Shown: piece by piece, positions 58,513 through 64,000 of the stretch
Layout of the letters: the number at the start of each line of letters is the position of its first letter
How positions within the stretch are numbered: the first letter of the stretch is position 1
Source of the DNA: Nitrospinaceae bacterium
Lineage (GTDB): Bacteria; Nitrospinota; Nitrospinia; Nitrospinales; VA-1
NCBI GenBank assembly: GCA_029261455.1
Contig: JAJDBH010000116.1
Location: 1,870-65,869 of the forward strand
DNA length: 64,000 bases
Direction: 5' to 3'
Notes under the pieces: model-generated
Told to the model about the DNA's origin: nothing
Seen by the model: only the letters and a program-made list of their open reading frames with translations
Database searches by the model: none
Made by a program: the position numbers and the translations under genes

Positions 58513-59778
58513 TTAAATTGTCAGGGTTTTCGAAATGATTTTAGCCATTTTTTCAGAGGCGCCTTTTTGCTCCGTGGTGAAGGAGAGGGCTTTTTCTGCT
58601 AGTTCTTGGCGTAGGCTTTCGTTTTCCAGCAAGCTATGCACTTTTTCTTTGATATCCTTAGAGTTCTTCACCGTAATAGCTAGCCCCAGTTCATGTGCTT
58701 TGTCGGCGACATGACCGATATTTTCAATAAAAGGTCCATGCATAACTGGCAGGCCGTATGACAGCGGTTCGATCAGGCTGTGGCCTCCACCAGGTTTTAA
58801 AAGGCTTTTGCCAATGAGAGCTACTTGCCCTAAGGAGTAAACCTGAGCTAGTTCACCCATCGTATCAAGGAGGATGACAGTTTTTGCATGTTCCATTAAG
58901 GACCGGAGGGTGAATGAAATGTTTTTCTTTTTAAGGAGCGTGACCACTTCTTCTACTCGTTCAATTCTGCGTGGCGCAAGGATCAAAACCAGATTGGGGT
59001 GCTCAGCTTTCAATTGCTGATGTGTTTCCAAAATAATTTCTTCCTCACCGGCATGGGTGCTGCCTGCTACCCATACTGGCGTGTCTTTCTTAAGCTTGAA
59101 AGTTTTTCGCAATTGTTCTTTCTCTGCATCGGTCAGTGGTTGTTGCGCGTCATATTTAGGATCGCCCATCACCTCAATACGCTCCCGGTCCACACCTAGA
59201 GTTAGTGCAGCTTTTTCCCCATTGTCGTTTTGCATGCCAAGGTGATGAAACTTTTGAAAGGTGTCTTTGAAAAGGGAGCCAGCGATAAGGTATCGTCGAG
59301 CGGACCTTTCAGATAAACGGCCGTTGAATAAAAGAATCGGGATTTTTTTTCTATATAACAGGTCGATCAAGCCGGGCCAGAACCCAGTGTCGGTGACGAC
59401 ATGAAGATCGGGATTGATTCGTTTCAATGCCAGTTGAGTGAAGGGTAGGCAATCAAGCGGATGAAAAAACACATAGTCGGCGATGCTCATTTTGAGTGCT
59501 GCGGCATAGCCCGAGTCAGTGGTTACAGAAAGCGCGATAGTGAGTGTGGGGTTTTGCTCACGCACCCGTTTGAGGACGGGTGTGGCGGCTACGACCTCTC
59601 CCATCGAAAGCGCATGCAACCAGAGGGTTTTCCCGTCCGAATTTTTTATGGTAGGAACCCATCCAAAATGATGGATCAGCCCTTTCCACTTATGTTTGGA
59701 GGACAACGCTATGAGTGAGAACAGGGGGAGAAGAAGGATTGCGACAAAAAGTGATAGAAGGTGATAAAAATAAATCAT
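58513..59778 (-). CDS. Kdo transferase (WaaA/KdtA family), divergent second copy
   Basis: WLHALSMGE, NGRLSERS, GDPKYD, GSTHAGEE, APRR, DTMGEL and GGHSLIEP; likely start MIYF at 59778. Confidence 0.85.
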   Translation of the reverse strand: MIYFYHLLSLFVAILLLPLFSLIALSSKHKWKGLIHHFGWVPTIKNSDGKTLWLHALSMGEVVAATPVLKRVREQNPTLTIALSVTTDSGYAAALKMSIADYVFFHPLDCLPFTQLALKRINPDLHVVTDTGFWPGLIDLLYRKKIPILLFNGRLSERSARRYLIAGSLFKDTFQKFHHLGMQNDNGEKAALTLGVDRERIEVMGDPKYDAQQPLTDAEKEQLRKTFKLKKDTPVWVAGSTHAGEEEIILETHQQLKAEHPNLVLILAPRRIERVEEVVTLLKKKNISFTLRSLMEHAKTVILLDTMGELAQVYSLGQVALIGKSLLKPGGGHSLIEPLSYGLPVMHGPFIENIGHVADKAHELGLAITVKNSKDIKEKVHSLLENESLRQELAEKALSFTTEQKGASEKMAKIISKTLTI

Positions 59779-59809
59779 CAAAACGGGTGTCCCATATAGG
59801 AGGATATGC

Positions 59810-61051
59810 CTAGGTTGAGCGGATGAGCTCAATGTTCCTTCTTAATGCGCCGCTGTTGGCCTTGACTGTTTTTTCTGCAGCTTGGCTCAGCTTCTGGCGT
59901 TCGTCCGGGTTCATCAGTAACCGTTTTAAAACATCGTAGAGTTCTTCTATATTTTGCAGTTGCAGGCCTCCTTCGGACTGCTTGAAAAGTTTGGCTTCTT
60001 CCTCAAAATTATTCATAAATTTGCCGAACAGAACCGGCTTTCCCAATGCCGCTGGCTCGAGAATATTGTGACCGCCAAACCGGGGATTGAATCCACCTCC
60101 AACATAAGCCACAGTTGCGCTTTTGTAGAAGGCGTTGAGTTTTCCCAGACTGTCTACCAGTAAGACGCTACAGTTTGTCAAGTCATCCTGTTTAGAGAGC
60201 AAGGCATACTCCACTTCGAACTCCCGGATAAGATCTTCGACTTCGCGGCACCTTTCCATATGTCTGGGGGCAATCACCCCGATAAGGTTGGGGAACTCTT
60301 TTTGAAGTTGAACCAGTGCCTCCATGATCGGGCCTTCTTCTCCAGGGCGGGTAGAACCAAAAACCAGGACCATGGAGTCGGCTTTCCATTGCGGCTGGAA
60401 CTTATCCTCCGTTTCAATAGAGGTCACATCGAATTTTATGTTTCCTGTAGCCAGAACTTTTTCCTTAGCTACGCCTAACTGCAAAAACCGGTCTGCATCC
60501 GTTTGAGATCGCATTGAAAACTGTCCGATCGATTCAGTCATCCATAACAGGAAGGCCGGGAACTTTCCATAGCTCTGAACAGATTTTTCCGAGACCCGTC
60601 CATTTACCTGGATGACCGGAATGCTTCGGCGTTTACATAGGCGCAGTAAAGAAGGCCATAACTCTGCTTCGATCAGAACCAGTTTAGAAGGCTGTAAACG
60701 ATCAAAGACAGGATTCAGCCAGAACGGGAAGTCCAGTGGCAGTCTAAATACATTGGGAAGTTTTTCTTCTAAGGCTAATGCATAACCGGTGGGGGTAAAC
60801 GTAGACAGGGCTATTGGGCGGGATTCCCCTTCCTTGATAAGACCTGCAATGAGGATTTTAGCCAGACGAACTTCTCCAACCGATGAGGCATGAATCCACA
60901 ACGTATCTTTTAGCTCTGGCAGGGAGTTGGCTCCCTTCATTCTCCCCTTTATTTCATTGCGGAAAGAGGAAGAGACCAAGGCTCTTAAAATAAGAAAAGG
61001 AGAAGCCAAAAGCAGTAGCCCTCCTACAAGAATATAATACAAAAAATCCAT
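59810..61051 (-). CDS. waaA: 3-deoxy-D-manno-octulosonic acid transferase
   Basis: WIHASSVGE, EAELWP, GNIKFD, APRH and GGHNILEPA. Confidence 0.9.
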   Translation of the reverse strand: MDFLYYILVGGLLLLASPFLILRALVSSSFRNEIKGRMKGANSLPELKDTLWIHASSVGEVRLAKILIAGLIKEGESRPIALSTFTPTGYALALEEKLPNVFRLPLDFPFWLNPVFDRLQPSKLVLIEAELWPSLLRLCKRRSIPVIQVNGRVSEKSVQSYGKFPAFLLWMTESIGQFSMRSQTDADRFLQLGVAKEKVLATGNIKFDVTSIETEDKFQPQWKADSMVLVFGSTRPGEEGPIMEALVQLQKEFPNLIGVIAPRHMERCREVEDLIREFEVEYALLSKQDDLTNCSVLLVDSLGKLNAFYKSATVAYVGGGFNPRFGGHNILEPAALGKPVLFGKFMNNFEEEAKLFKQSEGGLQLQNIEELYDVLKRLLMNPDERQKLSQAAEKTVKANSGALRRNIELIRST

Positions 61052-61161
61052 AAGCTGGGAGTATACTCCTAAAACATTAGAGGGCCTCTAAAAATTGCGA
61101 ATTTTTAGAATACTAAAGTATTGATTGTTCGAACAGCCCGTTTAAGTCTGAGCAAAAAATC

Positions 61162-62259
61162 ATGTCTGAAATTTTTTATAAAATTATATCGCCTGATCGC
61201 AAATGGTACTGGTTTCCGGTTTTTGCAATCTTGATACTCATTTCTTTTGTTTATTCATTGGGCCACCATTTTCGTCTTTGGGCTTATAGATGGGGAGTGT
61301 TTCCGAGCCGCAAGCTCAATTGCCGGGTGATCAGCGTTGGCAACCTGACCTTGGGGGGAACAGGAAAAACCCCATTTGTTATGATGATTGCCGAAACTCT
61401 CAGGGGAAATGGACTAAAACCTGCCATTCTCAGCCGAGGTTATGGGGGGAAATCTGGCAACCCGGTCAATGTGGTCTGTGATGGGAAGCAGACGCTTCTT
61501 TCCCCGGAATGGGTAGGTGATGAAGCGGTTATGATGGCGGAAAAACTCAAAAACGTTCCGGTATTAACCGGTCCGGACCGTTATCAGACGGGGCGGTATG
61601 CGCTCGAGCATTTTGATGTCGATACTCTGGTTCTGGATGATGGATTTCAACATCTGGCATTAAATCGCGATCTGGACATTTTGCTTTTCGACCATTTCAG
61701 GCCTCTGGGTAACGGTCATTTGTTTCCGGCAGGAGAACTGCGCGAACCTGCAGGAGCAACACGAAGAGCAGATATGGTTTGCTTCACCCATTATTCTGGT
61801 GGTGCCATCAACTTTGATCCAGACCTTTTGGGTTCTGTTCCGCAGGTGAAGACACATCTTCGTCTGGACTCCATAATTCGTATGGATGATGAGGAAGTGT
61901 TGGATACGGAAATTTTTAAGAAAGAACCGGTCGCGGCGTTTTGTGGAATCGCCAAGCCGGAAGGGTTCAGACAGATTTTGCGGGACTCGCAGATTCAGCC
62001 AAAGTTTTTCAAATCCTTTCCTGATCATCATCCTTACACTATGCAGGACATTAAAGAATTGGAAGCCCGTGCGATAAAAGAGGGCGCTCGGTTTATCCTG
62101 CTCCCGGAAAAAGATGCAGTGAAACTCAAGGAGATGAAATTCACCTTGCCCTTTTTAAAAGTGGTGATCGAGCTTGAAATTTTAGAGGGACGCGAAACCT
62201 TCAACAAACAAATCACTGCTGGGCGCAGCCAGCGTGACGCTGGACCCACTGGACTATAG
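61162..62259 (+). CDS. lpxK: tetraacyldisaccharide 4'-kinase
   Basis: VGNLTLGGTGKTP, SRGYG, GDEA, LDDGFQH, PAGELRE, FPDHH and EKDAVK. Confidence 0.95.
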   Translation: MSEIFYKIISPDRKWYWFPVFAILILISFVYSLGHHFRLWAYRWGVFPSRKLNCRVISVGNLTLGGTGKTPFVMMIAETLRGNGLKPAILSRGYGGKSGNPVNVVCDGKQTLLSPEWVGDEAVMMAEKLKNVPVLTGPDRYQTGRYALEHFDVDTLVLDDGFQHLALNRDLDILLFDHFRPLGNGHLFPAGELREPAGATRRADMVCFTHYSGGAINFDPDLLGSVPQVKTHLRLDSIIRMDDEEVLDTEIFKKEPVAAFCGIAKPEGFRQILRDSQIQPKFFKSFPDHHPYTMQDIKELEARAIKEGARFILLPEKDAVKLKEMKFTLPFLKVVIELEILEGRETFNKQITAGRSQRDAGPTGL

Positions 62260-62301
62260 TTTGCTGAACCGAGAAATTGATTAGCACGATTTAATGAAGC
62301 A

Positions 62302-62391
62302 TTGCTCCCTATTTCTCAAAGTACCCGTTCCGGGCACGAAGGCCAGGGTTGAATGCCACGAGGTTTGGGGTGATTTACCACTAGTGGGTTT
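62302..62391. repeat. family C repeat interrupted by a 39-nt insertion
   Basis: TTGCTCCCTATTTCTCAAAG [62322-62360] AGGTTTGGGGTGATTTACCAC matches the reverse complement of 9792-9842. Confidence 0.6.
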
Positions 62392-62434
62392 TGCTTAATG
62401 TGATTCTGAGCGTAGTGAAAAACAATTTAGACAA

Positions 62435-62893
62435 ATGTTAGATTTTAAATCCCTCAGTTCTAACCAGAAGTTTTTACTGAATATTCTGGTTCCTATGCTT
62501 TACCTGCTTCCTTTGGTGTTTGCTTACCTGGGGCCGAAAAACTTTGGCTTCGGATTTCGCGAGCTGGTTTATGCGGGATTGTCCGTGGGTGCCGTGGGTG
62601 TTCTTTTATGGATGGCTGCAATGTGGTCACTGGGTTCTTCGCTTGCTGTTCTGCCGGGAACAGATCAGTTGGTCACCAAGGGGCTTTATCGGATTATTCG
62701 TCACCCGGTTTATATAGGAATCGTGTTGACACTGACTGGATTGTTTGTGGCCTGCGGCTCTGTGCCTTGTCTGGTCTATGTGCTTGTTGTGGTAATCCCA
62801 TTGAATATCTTCCGAGCCAAGGCTGAAGAGGCCGTTTTATTGGAGCAATTAGGCCCTGCATATCAGCAGTACAAGGACTCAACTTTTTGTTGA
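62435..62893 (+). CDS. isoprenylcysteine carboxyl methyltransferase / PEMT family membrane protein
   Basis: LVTKGLYRIIRHPVY and EEAVL...AYQQY. Confidence 0.85.
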   Translation: MLDFKSLSSNQKFLLNILVPMLYLLPLVFAYLGPKNFGFGFRELVYAGLSVGAVGVLLWMAAMWSLGSSLAVLPGTDQLVTKGLYRIIRHPVYIGIVLTLTGLFVACGSVPCLVYVLVVVIPLNIFRAKAEEAVLLEQLGPAYQQYKDSTFC

Positions 62894-62897
62894 AAAT

Positions 62898-64000
62898 GTG
62901 ATCATGAAAATAAAATTCCGAGCTTTACTGACAATGTGTGGAGACCCCGTTGAAAACGGTGAGCTGATAATAGATGACGGAAATATTGTAGAAATTTCAG
63001 CAACGCAATCGGGAAGTGATGATGCCGCGCTAGAACTCACTGACCACCTGCTCATGCCGGGATTTGTCAATGCGCATAGCCACCTCAGTTTGACGGCCCT
63101 CGAAAAAAAGCTTTCCCCTGCAGATTCATTTGCAGATTGGATTCGAGCGTTGATCCCTCTGAACTCTGCTCTTGATAACGAAAGCCGAGTTCAAGGAATT
63201 CGTTCTGGAGCGGAAGCCATGAAACGTTCGGGAGTGACAGCGTTGGGGGATTATGTTGCTGATCCTGAGCTGTTAACCTTGATTGGTGATTTGGGTTTTC
63301 GGTCGGTTTTGTTTTTGGAGACGATAGGGTTTCACTCCGAAAGAGCGCAAGAACTTTGCAAAAAAGTGGAAGAGGTTCTAATGCGCGGAAACCCTTCCCC
63401 AATTTGCAAGTTGGGCTTGGCCCCGCATGCGCCTTATTCTGTTTCACCGGACTTGTTCAGGTCACTAGGGCACCTTGCACAACAATATCATTGTCCGGTT
63501 TCCAGTCATGTCGCAGAGATTAAAGAAGAGGGCCGGTTCCTTGTGCTTGGCGATGATTCACTGGAAGAGTTGTTAAAAGAACGATCTGCCTGGGACCCGA
63601 AATGGCAACCTCCCTATAAATCTCCGATACAATATCTTTCTTCTTTGGGAATTTTGGATCGCCTCATTGCTGTGCATTGCAATTTTGTTTCAGGCGATCT
63701 TGATTTGATGGCCGAGAAAAAAGTGAGTGCAGTGTTTTGTCCGCAAAGCTCCGAATGGTTTGGTCGAACAAATTTGATGCCGGTTCGCGCTTTACTGGAT
63801 CGAGGCATTTCCGTGGCTCTCGGGACTGATTCACTAGCCAGCAGCAATTCTCTAAACTTTCTGGATGAATTACGTATGGCAGATAAACTTTTGCCTGATA
63901 TCAGCCGAAAAGAAATACTCACCATGGCGACCTGCGGAGGCGCAGAAGCCCTGGGGTTGCCGTGTGGCACGTTGGCTTCCGAGCAAAGAGCTGATTTGAT
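62898..64000 (+). CDS. metal-dependent amidohydrolase (MTA/SAH or aminofutalosine deaminase-like), runs off the window end
   Basis: Absent from the ORF track because it has no stop in the window. Reads MKIKFRALLT...MPGFVNAHSHL, PHAPYSV, HVAE and LGTDSLAS. Start is GTG 62898 or ATG 62904. Confidence 0.85.
   Translation, partial: MIMKIKFRALLTMCGDPVENGELIIDDGNIVEISATQSGSDDAALELTDHLLMPGFVNAHSHLSLTALEKKLSPADSFADWIRALIPLNSALDNESRVQGIRSGAEAMKRSGVTALGDYVADPELLTLIGDLGFRSVLFLETIGFHSERAQELCKKVEEVLMRGNPSPICKLGLAPHAPYSVSPDLFRSLGHLAQQYHCPVSSHVAEIKEEGRFLVLGDDSLEELLKERSAWDPKWQPPYKSPIQYLSSLGILDRLIAVHCNFVSGDLDLMAEKKVSAVFCPQSSEWFGRTNLMPVRALLDRGISVALGTDSLASSNSLNFLDELRMADKLLPDISRKEILTMATCGGAEALGLPCGTLASEQRADL

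Overview
Bacterial chromosomal window of roughly 43-45% GC (estimated by eye), gene-dense and mostly housekeeping. Protein style and gene order suggest a Nitrospinota (Nitrospina-like) organism; this is inference, not a database result. The window holds: LPS/envelope genes (msbA-like, nagZ, lapA-lapB fusion, lptE, two tandem waaA paralogs, lpxK); a sigma54-preceded type IV pilus operon pilMNOPQ-aroB with unusual components; a separate sigma54/UAS-controlled major pilin beside a YfhO/GT-C membrane protein; NAD genes (nadD, nadB); translation and replication genes (miaB, rsfS, rpsT, holA, leuS, ftsK); and two signalling clusters. I saw no rRNA, tRNA, CRISPR array or transposase. Best leads: (1) a remodelled PilMNOP complex (poly-Lys PilN, non-lipoprotein 496-aa PilP fusion) plus a pilin that meets most published 'e-pilin' aromatic rules; (2) an Aer2-type heme-PAS domain fused to a phytochrome-type histidine kinase with an Rcp1/DivK/Hpt relay; (3) a clean in-frame deletion of about 17 codons in the FAD-binding motif of nadB; (4) REP-like palindromes that bracket accessory genes, one pair forming an inverted-repeat-bounded cassette; (5) a catalytically degenerate ADP-ribosylglycohydrolase; (6) candidate structured leader RNAs.
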